Source of the DNA: Octopus sinensis
Taxonomy: Eukaryota
Direction: 5' to 3'
Length of the DNA stretch: 64,000 nucleotides
Assembly (NCBI RefSeq): GCF_006345805.1
Contig: NC_043021.1
Location: forward strand, 9,052,001 to 9,116,000
Position numbers and translations under genes: made by a program. Position 1 is the first letter of the stretch; every line of letters begins with the position of its first letter. Under the pieces are notes generated by a model that saw nothing but the letters and a program-made list of their open reading frames with translations, ran no database searches and was not told the origin of the DNA. Below, one piece after another: positions 1-14,000 of this stretch.

Positions 1-220
1 TAACCGAAACAAGTAAAAGAAATCGAAGAAAAATATACACAAGGACAACCACGATTTTACTTAGCTAAGTAAAATTTTGTGCCCTGCATCACTCTTCTTC
101 CGAGAGTTCGCAGTCTTGCAGGTTCATGGGTGCTGGTATCACATACAAAGCATTTGTAACGCCGAACGAAATACTAAGCAGTTCATTCAGCTTGCTAACA
201 ACTCTGCCAGCTTGCCATCT

Positions 221-269
<49 letters not shown>

Positions 270-285
270 GTAAACATTTCCTTAC

Positions 286-432
286 TTTTTGTTTCCCAGT
301 GCCACTCCACCAAAGTTGAGATCTGAGGCATTTGAAACAATCTTTGGTTTTAACTGAGAACTTGTCACTACCTCTCCTTGGATTGGAACTCCATAAGCTG
401 GTCCTGATGGTAGTAAATAGATGACCAGTTCC
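286..432 (-). CDS. CEP192: CEP192 exon 18 (ELVIYLLPSGPAYG...GGVALGNK)
   Basis: atcccacag| ... |gtaagg; 147 nt, phase 2-2. Confidence 0.92.
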
Positions 433-3400
433 CTGTGGGATGACATAGACAACAAGACATACATGAATGTAAAAGTTATGGTATACGATGATTAAAGAGG
501 AAGGAGGCGAACCAAAGCAAAGTAAGTGATGGGTAGCAATGATAATAAATAGATGGTAAATCAGTCTGTGTTTGTGGTGTTGTTAGCTAACTCCTCCTAC
601 ATTGTTTTATTGATTTTGATGAAACTTGACATGCAAGTAGAACTCATGTCTGGAAACCTTATGACATACTTAGATTGTTGAAAAAAAAAAAATCAATAAT
701 ATAGCCCCTGGAAGGGATCTTTATATTTCCTCATATAACTAATTTTTTTTAAACACCCAAGGGAAATAACCCATAGCAGCTGCCTAATATTTGTTTTGAA
801 ACACTCAAGGGAAATAATCCATTTCATTATGTTCGATTACTTTGAATATTGAATTTTTTTGTGCATCCAATTTCTAATTTTTGCAGCAAAAAAGGGAGAA
901 AGAAAAAGAGTGGAAGGAAAGAATGAGTGGAAGGAGAAAACAAAGAAATGGAAAGAGAGAGAAAGAGGTAGGTAGGTGTATAGGTGTTAGGGAGAAATAA
1001 TACTAGAGATAGAGCTCTCTCCTTCAGAATAAGGAAAAGAATGAGGTGGTGGTGGTGGTGGAGAAAAACAAAATAAAAAAATAAAAAACTCAATATAAAG
1101 AGAGGTGGGAAGAAAAAAGTTACTCACATGTTGTAAAATTGGACAGATTCATCGATCGGGTGAAAGGTAACATCAACACTGGCCACTTGACCGACCGAGA
1201 TGCTTTTCTGATTGCTGTCCAAGCTGAACACGTTTTCACTGTTGTTGATGTACAGCATCACGTTGAAATCAAAGGTGCCGGAATTTAATAGGGTCACTTT
1301 GTGTGTGTGGGGCTTCATTAAAGAAGTCTCCATTTTAATTAACTGTGGAATTAAATAATAATAATAATAATCATCATCATCATCATCATTTAGCGTCCGT
1401 TTTCCATGCTAGCATGGGTTGGACGGTTTAACTGGGGTCTGTGAAGCCGGGAGGCTTCATCAGGCCCAGTCAGATTTGGCAGTGTTTCTACGGCTGGATG
1501 CCCTTCCTAACGCCAACCACTCCGTGAGTGTAGTGGGTGCTTTTTATGTGCCACCTGCACAGGTGCCAGACAAAGATGGCAAACGGCCACGAACGGATGG
1601 TGCTTTTACGCGCTACCGGCACGGGGGCCAGGCGAGGCTGGCAACAGACACGAACGGATGGTGCTTCTACGTGCTACCGGCACGGGGGCCAGGCGAGAAT
1701 AATAATAATTATAATTTAATTCTTTATTGCCCACAAGGGGCTAAACACAGAGGGGACAAACAAGGACAGACAAAGGGACTAAGTCGATTACATTGACCCC
1801 AGGCGAGCTGGCAGAAACGTTAGCACGCCGGGCGAAATGCGTAGCCGTATTTCGTCTGCCGTTACGTTCTGAGTTCAAATTCCGCCGAGGTCGACTTTGC
1901 CTTTCATCCTTTCGGGGGTCGATAAATTAAGTACCAGTTTCGCACTGGGGTCGATGTAATCGACTTAATCCGTTTGTCTGTCCTTGTTTGTCCCCTCTGT
2001 GTTTAGCCCCTTGTGGGTAGTAAAGAAATATACATTGACCCCAGTGCGTAACTGGTACTTATTTAATCGACCCCGAAAGGATGAAAGGCAAAGTTAACCT
2101 CGGTGGAATTTGAACTCAGAACGTGATGTATTATGTCAGCATAAATGCATTGGTTACAACTGGAAGGCCTTTGGTCCCAAGTGGGTTAAATTGGAGCCGA
2201 CTTGGAACTAAACAAAAAAAAAAATATTATACTTACATCAACTCCGTTGATGATCTGTAAGTTGTAGATGCCAGCAATAACACTGAGGTGAATAACAGCC
2301 AGGGGTGGCAGAGAATTGGGTACGTCCAACTGTATTTCAACAAGTCCGACAAGGGAGGCAGACTTAGTGTTATCTATAGGATGGAAGAGAATGGAAAGGA
2401 AAACATTGTAGGAACATCAGTTAGGGGGAGAGAGAGAGAGAGTGAGAGACGGAAGCAAGAGGGAGAGAGAGTGTGTGTGTGAGTGTGTGTGAGTGTGTGT
2501 GAGTGTGTGTTTGTGTGTGTATGCTTGCATGTGTAAATGTGTGTTTGCATGTGTGTATATGTGTGTATGTCCGTGTTTGCATGTGTGTGCACGTTTGCAC
2601 GTGTGCTTACACATGTATGTGTGTGTGTGTGCTCACACGTGTGTGTGTGTGCTCACACGTGTGTGTGTGTGTGCTTGCACGTGTGTGTGTGCTCACACGT
2701 GTGTGTGTGCTTGCACGTGTGTGTCCGTGTTTGCATGTATATGTGCATGTTTGCACATGCATGCATTTGCGTATGTGCATGCTTACGTGTGTATGTGTGT
2801 GTGTGTATCAATGTCATTTCAACAGATCCTTTCCAATGCCTGCATGCATCAATGGAATTTATGCCCTCATCCTTTAACATCCCTTTCCCCATTGCTGTTA
2901 TGGGTTGCACAGTTGGACACGAAGTTACAAAACAGAAGACAGCAACAAAGCTCCGATGTCTTCTTTGGTACAGATGCCCTTCCTAATGCCAACAACTTCA
3001 AAGAGTGTACTGGGTGCCCTTTATATGGCACCAGCACTGCTGAGGTCAACTTGTACATCTGTACTCTTGACTGCATACAAGCACATATGTAAAACAACAT
3101 CCTTTATCATTATCTGCTGATATCAAAATAAGTAGTACATTGAAAACTAAAAATATTTTCAGGGAGTGGGGTCGATTTGACATATTAAAAAATAGCCAAG
3201 GATCAAAAGGGGCCCTTTGGCCAAAATAGGTTCAGAACCTTTGTTTTAAACAATTACTCAGAAGTCATTCTGATGAATATATCTGGGTTTTGAAAGTAAG
3301 CTCTACATATAATTTTTGTACATATTAAAAAATAGCCAAGGATCAAAAGGGGCCCTTTGGCCAAAATGGGTTGAGAACCTTTGTTTTAAACAATTACTCA

Positions 3401-6400
3401 GAAGTCATTCTGATGAATATATCTGGGTTTTGAAAGTAAGCTCTACATATAATTTTTGTACATATTAAAAAATAGCCAAGGATCAAAAGGGGCCCTTTGG
3501 CCAAAATGGGTTGAGAACCTTTGTTTTAAACAATTACTCAGAAGTCATTCTGATGAATATATCTGGGTTTTGAAAGTAAGCTCTACATATAATTTTTGTA
3601 CATATTAAAAAATATCCAAGGATCAAAAGGGGCCTTTGGCCAAAATGGGTTGAGAACCTTTGTTTTAAACAATTACTCAGAAGTCATACTGATGAATATA
3701 TCTGGGTTTTGAAAGTAAGGTCTACATATAACCTTTGAACGGAGATCTAGTTTCAGGTACAAATTAAAGAGAAATTCCACCAGAGAGTCAAATGGTCACA
3801 ATTAGAAACAGTAATAAAATGATAAGACACTCACCTTTAAGGGCAGAGTTTTTGGCAAGGTCACAAAATACTTGAAGGCTCAACATATTAAGCATACAGC
3901 CAGCCTGAGAGCCAGGAAGGGCCAGACTACATATAGTTTTGTTGCTCACTGCATAGTTGCATTCTTCTCTCACGTTCTCCTCTACGGAATAATGATCCCA
4001 ACGAAACACACCTTGAGACTGAAAAATAATAATAATAATAATAACGATAATAATAATAATGATAATATTTCAACTAGTAAATATCTAAAACACAATGAAA
4101 GTAAACTTACCGATATAACCAATCTAAGAGGTAGTTTGGCATTGCTCTTATTGGCCAACCTCACTGGTAAACTCTTACTTGTGCCCCAACTCTGCTTACC
4201 AAATTCCAAAGACTTTGGTTCAATCTGAAAAATGATTTTGATAATAATAATGATGATGATGATGATAATAATGATGATGACAATAATAATAATAATAATA
4301 ATACTTTCTAAAATAGGCACAAGGCCTGAAATTTTGGGTAGGGGGGAAAGTCAATTACATGAACCCCAGTGTTCAACCGTTACTTCTTTTATCGACCATG
4401 AAAGGATGAAAGGCAAAGTCAACTCCATGTGGAATTTGAACTCAGGACGTGCAGACAGACAAAGCGCAGCTTAGCATTTTGCCCGGTGCACTAACAATTC
4501 TGCCAGCTTGCTACCTTAATTTAATAATAATGCTTTCAAATTTTGCCACAAGGGCAACAATTTGGGGGTGGGTTAAGTCGACTACATCGACCCCCCAGTA
4601 TTCAACTGGTACTTATTTTATTGACCCCGAAAGGATAAAAAGCAAAGATGACCTCGGCGGAATTTGAACTCAGAACATAAAGACTGACGAAATGCCATTC
4701 GAATACACCGACCCCAGTGTTTCACTGGTACTTAATTTATCAACCCCGAAAGGATGAAAGGCAAAGTCGACCCCAACAGAATTTGAACTCAGAACGTAAG
4801 GACAGATGAGATGCCTCAAAGCATTTTGCCAGGCGTGCTAATAATTCTGCCAGCTCACCACAATAATAAGTCTGGTGCAACTCTCCAGCTTACCAGCACC
4901 CGTTAAACTGTCTAACCGATGCCAGTGTGGGAAATAGATGTTAAATGAGGACAATGACAATGATGACAACAATGACGACGACAACAATGATGTCGACAAT
5001 GACGATGACAATAACGACGTCGACAACAATGAGGATGACGACGACGACTTTGACAACAATAATGACGACGATGACGACAATGACAATGAAGATGACAATG
5101 ATGAGGATCATGATGATTATGACAACAACAATGATGACAGAATATACATGGATTGTAACCGCCATGGAAAACTGGACATCTGGACATGATGGAAGAAGAT
5201 ACACACACAAGTAAAATATTCTGTCATTGAAGAAAAAGGAAGAAGACTGGCAAACGAAGCGTCACACATCCCAAGACTTGGTTGAGAAGTCAATAAGAAA
5301 AAATCAACTTACATGCAATCTGGGAGAGTCCGCAACAGCAACCAGCTTTACAAAGTGCGCTAAGGGCACGGCTGTCTCATTCTTATGTTTACTTGATGCA
5401 GTTTGCGTGAAGGATTCCACTTTGACTTTAGCGATGTAGGAACCAGGTTCTTGTGGGAAAAAGATTACCTGAAATTGCAAAGAAAATATTGAGGAAAACC
5501 AGAGTAGTTTAATATAGGTTCCATATTTTGGCACAAAGACAGTAAGTTTGAGGGAAGAGGTAAGTTGATCACATCGACCCCAGTGTTCAACTGGTACTTT
5601 GTTTTATCGACCCTGAAGGGACGAAAGGCAAAGTCGACCTCGGTGGAATTTGAACTCAGAACCAAACATTTTTGGCCTGGTATGCTAATGATTCTGCTAG
5701 CTCGTTACCTTCAGATAATTTAATATTATTAGGGCAGCCAGCTGGCAGAATCGTTAGCACGCCGGACAAAATGCTCAGCGGTATTTCTTTACATTCTGAG
5801 TTCAAACACCGCTGAGGTCGACTTTGCCTTTCATCCTTTCGCGGGTCAATAAATTAAGTACCGGCTGTGTACTGGGGTTGATCTAATGAACTGGGCCCCT
5901 CTCCCAAAATTTTGGGCCTTGTGCCTAAAGTAGAAGAGAATCCTCAACACACTGGACATAATGCTTAGTGGTATTTTGTCTGCAGTATTTCATCACACAC
6001 ACATATATTCTTTGCTTTTTATTTTTTATTTGTTTCAGTCATTTGACTGCAGCCATGCTGGAGCACTGCCTGTAGTCGAACAAATCAGGACTTATTCTTT
6101 GTAAGCCTAGTACTTATTCTATCAGTCTCTTTTTGCTAAACTGCTAAGTTACAGGGATGTAAACACACCAATATCAGTCATCAAGCAATGGTAGGGAGAC
6201 AGACAGACACACACATACACACACACACATATATATATATGTGTATGCATACGACAGGCTTCTTTCAGTTTCCATTTACCAAATCCACTCACAAAGCTTT
6301 GGCCGGCCCGAGACTATAGTAGAAGATACAAGGTGCCACGCAGTGGGACTGAACCCGGAACCATGTGGTTGGTAAGCAAGTTACTTACCACACAGCCACT

Positions 6401-9400
6401 CCTGCGCCTATGTATACTAAATTTCAAGCATAAATTTCACTGGTACTTAATTTATTGACCCCAAAAGGACGAAAGGTAAAGTCGACCTCGGCAGAATTTG
6501 AACTCAGAACGTAACGGCAGACGAAATACCTATTTCTTTACTACCCACAAGGGGCTAGACACAGAGGGGACAAACAAGGACAGACAAACGGATTAAGTCG
6601 ATTATATCGACCCCAGTGCGTAACTGGTACTTATTTAATCGACCCCGAAAGGATGAAAGGCAAAGTCGACCTCGGCAGAATTTGAACTCAGAACGTAACG
6701 GCAGACGAAATACCGCTAAGCATTTCACCCGGCGTGCTAACGATTCTGCCAGTTTGCCGCCTTCAAAGGATGAAAGGCAAAGTCGACCTCGGCGGAATTT
6801 GAACTCAGAACGTAGCGGCAGACGAAATACCGCTAAGCATTTCACCCGGCGTGCTAACGTTTCTGCCAGCTCGCCGCCACTAAGCATTTCGTTTAGCGCA
6901 CTAATGATTCTGCCAGCTTGCCACCTTAATAATAATCATGATGATGATGATATCGCTTACCTCATATTCTTTGACTTCTGACGGACCTAGTGCAAGTTTA
7001 GATTTCAATAGAAACGGGCAGTAATCAGTGGTGCTCATCTCTAGTCCATTCACTAAGATATGAATCAATTCAACGTTACACTCCACCCAGTGGTTACTCA
7101 GGTTTCGGATAGCTATTGAACTCTTCTCAGCTATACCGATACAGCAGTCTGAGAATTTGGCCAGTGAGGACACGTCCAGAACGGATTTGCATGCTGCTAG
7201 ATTGGGGTCTGCCAAAACAGAACTGCAGTTTCCGGTGTGGCCAAGCTGATCTTTAGGAAGTGGTTCGCTAGCAGTCAGCATGGACATGAATGGATTCAAC
7301 TGAGTCTGTTCGAGAGGTTCCTCAATGATCGTTTTCCAAAGTTTTGATTCGTCAGTGCCTTCACCAATGAAGTTCTGCTTCGTCTTGTTAGCATGCTGCA
7401 CTGAACAGCCCTCATTAGGTGGCCCTTCCAGCTTCCTACTTGGGTGCATAGTATCATCACTGAATTTCTTATTTTCGCAATATGGTCCGACACCAGCCAT
7501 AGAGATTTTGGTGGCTTCTGGTTTAATTTTAGTGGAAGAGGTAAGGTTTGTTTCGGACTTGAAACTTAACTGACGCTGCAAGTTATCTTCACCAGTACCA
7601 ATTCCGGATCTCATCGACAGTCTAGATTGAGGAACGTAAACATTCTCATTAGTAGCCAAAGCTTTCGCCCTCAAGGAGTCAAGAGAGTGTACAAGATGTG
7701 GTCGAACAAACTCATCTTGGTGTTGTAGGTCACTGCTGACCTGTGGGCGATGGGAGTCAGATAACGGAGAAGACGCATATTCGGGGTTTTTTGATGATAC
7801 AGCAGGTGCGGAATGTACTGTTCTCTGAAGTTTACTGGCAGCACTGGTAGTAGAAACAGAGGTAGCTGACAGAGCCGGTCTTTCTCGAGAAGGTACACCA
7901 CCCATCATGTCAAGATTAAATACTCCTGAGGAGGGAATAGTTTGTATAGAGTGGGTAGAAACTGCACTGGGAGAAGATCTACTCTGTATGAAACTAGGAG
8001 CAGGTACCCGGGAAGGCACAGTTTGCATAGAGTGAGTAATAGATGTACCTGGAGAAAATACACCTCTGGAGATATTTACAGGTGTCTCGGAAGAGAGTTT
8101 AGTTCTCAGATCACGAGGAGCTGTGGGTGCTGTTAGTGTCAAAGAAGGAGTTGAACTTGACATTGATGATGCAGTATGTAATATAGAAGTTGGCGCCGAC
8201 ACAGAAGGAACTTTTAGAGGGTCTATAGAACGTGGTGCCAACGACAACGGAATTTTCTGAGTGTCTATAGAACTTGGTGCTGACGAAAATAGAACTTTCC
8301 GAGGGTATGTAGATGTCGGCGCTGACAAAGAGGTGACTTTCTGAGCATCTCTGAGACTTGGTGTCAACGATAACGGAGCTTTCTGCGTGCGTCCAGAAAT
8401 TGGTGCCGATGATAACGAACCGTTCTGTGTACGTAAAGAACTCGGTTCCAGTAACGATGGGTCCCTCAATGTGTCTGCACTTGATAAAGACACAGAAAGT
8501 TCTGTAAACGGAGCCTCATCACTGAAACTATGCAAAGCTTTTTGAGAGGGGTTCAAACCCTGTGTGGCGTTGATGTGAAGCTGTTGTGTGGGGTTGTGCA
8601 ACTCCAGACCACCAGTAACTCTTGGAGAAGTGTCACTCTGTGATGTTGCCGTTTTGCAGTATTTGGCATCAACCTGATGGGAGGATTCCTTTTTCTGAAC
8701 ACTTCCTCTTGACCTGCACCTGTGGTTAACTTCGGATTCAAATCTAGATGCTATTTCTTTACAGGGCAGGGACAAGCTCACTCCATCGAGCATATCTGAG
8801 ATTAAACTGTTACTAACCAAAGACTGTGAAACCAAGGTGAGATCTGAAAAAATACAAAGAGAAGAAAAACGATACAAACATATAAACACACACATACACT
8901 CAGTCTAAAGATTCTATCAATGAAGCTTTGCTTCTTTGTCAAAAACAAAGCTCCTTAAAAAGAAAAAAGCTCAAATAATGATATTTATAGGAAAGAGACA
9001 AGAGATGGTGTTACACATTCATATCTATGTGTATACGTAGGTATACGTGTGTAGAATACATCCCCACTTTTAGCACTATTTTGTTAGCTTACACATTTTC
9101 CCCCAGTGGTTGGGTTTTCCACATGCTTTGCAGTGTGTACCGAATGCAGGACATTTCTTCCGGTTATTGAACTCATGCTCCGTACCACAGTACTGGCATG
9201 TTCTTTGTTTGCGGGTATGTTTCGTCCTATACCTAGATACAATATCTACACTGCTGCCTAGTGCGCTTGTTTGTAAAGTGAGACCATTTGTTTGGTAGCG
9301 GCTTCGAATGCTCTTGCAGTGTCTACTGCTTCCATTAACTGGAGAGCGTCCTTACCTATGAGGGATTTCTGGACTTCTTTATGAGCACACCCCCATATGA

Positions 9401-10963
9401 GCTGATATTCTACACATGTATACCTACGTATACACATAGATATGAATGTGTAACAGATGGTATTTTATCATTCAAACAGGACTGGCTGGTTTTTATAATC
9501 TCCCTATTCAACCCACCACTAAATACAGCAAGAACAGAGCTTATGTAGAACTAAACAATAGCCACCATGGGGCGAGCTGGAAAGCTGTTACAGACTGAAC
9601 CAACAAGATAGAGTGATCCCTCGTTTATTGCGGTAGATTGGTTCCAAGACCGGCTGCGATAACTGGATTTCCGCGAAGTAGGGACACCATACTTACAGTA
9701 TCTATTTAACGTGTGGCACGTAAAAAGTACCATCCGATCATGGTCGTTTGCCAGCCTCATCTGGCACCCATGACAGTGGCACGTAAAAAGCACCATCCGA
9801 TCGTGGCCGTTTGCCAGCCTCGTCTGGCACCTGTGCCGGTGGCAAGCAAAAAGCACCCACTACACTCATGGAGTGGTTGGCATTAGGAAGGGCATCCAGC
9901 CGTAGAAACATTGCCAGATCAGACTGGGCCTGGCGCAGCCTTCTGGCTTCCCAGACCCCAGTTGAACCGTCCAACCCATGCTAGCATGGAAAGCGGACGC
10001 TAAACGATGATGATGACGATGTGTATTTGGACTTTTAAAACCCTCCCTGTACTGTTAACAACTCACCCATTACAGTAGTCTATTAATAACAAGGACAGCT
10101 GCAAAGCAATAACACTGCGAAGTAGCAAGGGATCACTGTATATAATTTAAACCTAACAGATCCGGCCCAAATATCTGACATGTTTTATGTCCAAAGTGGC
10201 CAGTTTTGGCCTCTCACACTTTACCTACAATGCCATTCCAAAATTAAACAATCACATCATTTAAATCTCAAATATTTATCTGACATGTTACTGTACTCAA
10301 CACGAAAGAAGTTGGAGTAAAATTTGAATGATGATGGTGTAGTCTTCTGTGATTCATATCTAAAATGGCAGGCTACGGCAGCGAAAGTTCTCACTTCCTT
10401 CAACGCATCCAGAAGTTTCACCTTCTCGGCGATCGCCATCATTCTTCGTTTGCGTTTAGGCTCAGTACCAGCACGCTTGGGAGCCATTGCAGGGGATGGA
10501 AATGCAAAGTTCCACGCAAAGAAACAAAAAAAAAAAAAAAATCACACACAGCACAGCGTAAAGTAGTAGAGTAAACCACTCGGCGAGAAAGCTTGAAGCG
10601 AAATGGCCGCGAGAGAGAGAGAGAGAGAGAGACAAGGGAAGAGGCTGCGGATCTGAGCATTGGTCAAAGCACCAATCACAGGCCTGATTACAAAATAGAA
10701 AGCTGTGATTCGTCGTCTCTCTCCATTGCACCAATCACAGCCCGTCTTTAAGTTAAAATACCCCTTTTACTTGTTTCAGTCATTTGACTGCGGCCATGCT
10801 GGAGCACCACCTTTAGTCGAGCAAATCGACCCCGGGACTTATTCTTTGTAAGCCCAGTACTTATTCTATCGGTCTCTTTTGCCGAACCGCTAAGTGATGG
10901 GGACGTAAACACACCAGCATCGGTTGTCAAGCAATGCTAGGGGGACAAACACAGACACACACA

Positions 10964-11003
<40 letters not shown>

Positions 11004-14000
11004 TACGACAGGCTTCTTTCAGTTTCCGTCTACCAAATCCACTCACAAGACATTGGTCGGCCCGGGGCTTTAAAAGAAGACACTTGCCCAAGATGCCACG
11101 TAGTGGGACTGAACCCGGAACCATGTGGTTGGTTAGCAAGCTACTTACCACACAGCCACTCCTGCGTCTGTATATGCTTTTTTGCTATTTTACACTTATT
11201 TTGTTGTTCCTAGACTAGGAAATAATATTTATTATTAATATTTTAATGGATTTAATGAAAAATTTTAGGTGTTCATTTACATATATTTTAAAGATCCGTG
11301 AAGTCGTGAATCAGCGATAGTTGAACCGTGAAATAGCGAGGGATCACTGTATGTGAAACTTAACCCTTTAGTAATTTAAACCAAACAGATCCGGCCCAAA
11401 TATCTAACATGTTTTATGTCCAAAGTGGCCAGTTTTAGCCTATCACACTTCACCTACAATGCCATTCCGAAAATAAACAATTACATCATTTAACCCTTTA
11501 GCGTTTAAACCGGCCATATCCGGCCAAAAGTATTCTGCCTGTTTTATGTTCAAACTGGCCAGATCTGGTCTCTCACACCAACCCTACAATATCGTTTTAA
11601 AAATTAACAGCTACCTCATCAAAATCTCATAGCTACAAGATAATGCATGATTAGTTCAAAACAATAAGGATAAAAAAGGATTAATTTTGGCAGAATAATG
11701 CGAACACTAAAGGGTTAAATCTCAAAGCTATAAGACAATGTAGGATTAATTCAAAGCAATGTAAATAAACAAGAATTGCATTTGACAGAATAATCTGAAC
11801 GCTAAAAGGGTTTATCGAGGTTGTATAGTAAGTTTTGAAGCTATAATTGCATAAAGAATTTATTCATGCAATAAGAATTTTATCCACAAACTCACTGTTG
11901 TCTTGACAACCATCACTCTGCAATGTGTCGCTATTATTATTATTATTACCCTCCTGTTTCTCGTCCGGTATTTGCAACTGTTCACAAAACGATACTGTAG
12001 GATTCTGCTCAGGATTTGCCGCCTCCAGATCCTTATTCTTCTTTACTGACATGTGCATAGGGTGTTGGATATCTTGCAGCTGCACAGATGATGTTCTGGT
12101 TCCCACATCTGCCAAATTCTCCAAGGCAGGTGAAGTAGCGGTTGACAAGGATTGGTTGTACAGAAACTGTAAGAGAGAAACACAAGGAACCGTCAAATAT
12201 ATTGGGTTGTCCGGAAAGTTTGTGCCGATTTTTAAAAGGAAAGAAAAAGGTCAATAAATACTTGCCATTACATTTTTAATCAACCAAATATGAACCATTT
12301 TGTTGCACAATGCGTCTCCATCTTTCCTTTACCTTGAAAATACCCTCTTCCCAGAATTGAGGTGGCTTCATGGCAAACAGTTCATCAAGGTACCTTTTTA
12401 CGTCATCCAAGGAATTGAAATTTTTACCATTAAGACTATTCTGCAGAGACTTGAATACGTAGAAATCCAAAGGAGCAATATCTGGTGAAAATGGAGGGTG
12501 AGGTAACACATCCCAGCCGAGCTGCAGCAATTTTTGTCTGGTTCCCAAAGCATCAAGTGCCGAAAATGAACTTTCCTATCTTCCATTTTAAAGGGTTACA
12601 GAATTAACCCAGGTTATAGGAACATAAACCTTCTTCCACGAAGAGACAGCTTAAACTGTGCTCTAAATGGAGGTGTAGACAAATCCTATTTTATGGACTC
12701 AACCATGTTCTAAAATAAGTCGAGAGGTAAGCTACTATAAATCAGCACAAACTTTCCAGACAACCCAATATAATTGGTTTCAAATTTTGACACAAGGCCA
12801 GCAATTTCAGGGGAGCAGGTAAGACTACATTGACCCCAGTGCTCAAATGGTACCTATTTTATTGACCCTGAAAGGATGAAAGACAAAGTCGAGCTCCACA
12901 GAATTTGAACTCAAAACATGAAGACGGACAAAATGCTGCTAAGCATTTTACCCAGCATGCTAACAGTGAAATAAGCCATCTAATCAAACATTAAATCGAT
13001 ATATTTCTTAAGAAAATCGAATAAGTTCTTGAGAAACCTACAGAATTTGGCAGAGTTTCAGAGCCTATTCTCATATAGGTGCCAACTGACATCCGGTCTT
13101 TTTCTCCTTGGTTAACAAAGCTGAGATGACTACAGTAACTCCAGTCGGTCAAATCAGTAGCCAGGGGTACTTCTAGGCATTTATCCTGGAAACAGATGAA
13201 CAGAAATTTAAGGATTTTAAAAGGACACAGACAGATAGTCAAACAGACAGAAAGTGGGGGGGGGGGCGAGTTTATGTCAGTCAGGGATGCACAAAAGCAA
13301 TGATATTAAAAAGCAAGACTCATGGAATCTTTTCGGTTTGAACGGCAGTTTTTAACATAATTTCTAGGTAACTAAAAAATTTTTAACTTCGTATACTGGT
13401 AGAATGTGTTTATAAAATATCTTTTTCTCTTGGCTTTATTGAGAAAATTCTATACTTTGTAAGATATTTGTTGTTGTTTTTCTTTAATTTCTGGAATTTC
13501 AACCAATCAATGACGTCTATTGAGTTAAAAAACATTGTGCCGTATGAATATGTCCCTTGTTTAAGAAACAGATTGGGTTTATTTACATTTGTGAAGAAAA
13601 AAAGATACCCTTCCCCGCACCCCTAAAACAGATTGAAATGCAATAGATCGTACTAGGGTCATAATTATGGGTGACAATTTCATATGACACCGCTAGAAAA
13701 AACTGCTGTTCAAACTGAAAAGATCCGACTCATGGAAATTCCTTGTTTTATAAATGTTCTTATTTCTATTTTGATGCATAAATTTATAGATCTGTGTAAC
13801 ATTGTTTCATTCTGCTAAAAGATTTCAGAGCGAGAAAGGAAAACGGTGAATTTATGCAAAATTCGTTAAAAGATTTTCTTACGTAATTGGAGCAATCATT
13901 TCTTCCATTGAATTCTGCTTCATCAGCATCTAATTTAGAAGTGCCGGAATCTAGAGAAAAGTAATTAAAATTAAAAGGAAAAAAATTCATCATCATAGTC

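Noticed and set aside
1419-1796. Recurrent MDGSTGVWEARRL...LDALPNANHS ORFs
   Set aside because: They are the antisense reading of repeat family C, not a gene family.
2374-3092. Long Cys/Val- or His/Thr-rich ORFs (also 35890-36470, 46001-46675, 61663-62280)
   Set aside because: They are translations of (TG)n, (CA)n and (TA)n microsatellites that are open in several frames.
4838-5214. Poly-Asp/Asn ORF that looks like an acidic or biomineral protein (also 54807-55250)
   Set aside because: Triplet repeat open in nearly all frames, intronic, with no splice or codon evidence.
9093-9415. Possible extra CEP192 exon with a GTAAG donor
   Set aside because: Exons 11 and 12 already join in phase; the segment contains a stop and translates as gypsy gag.
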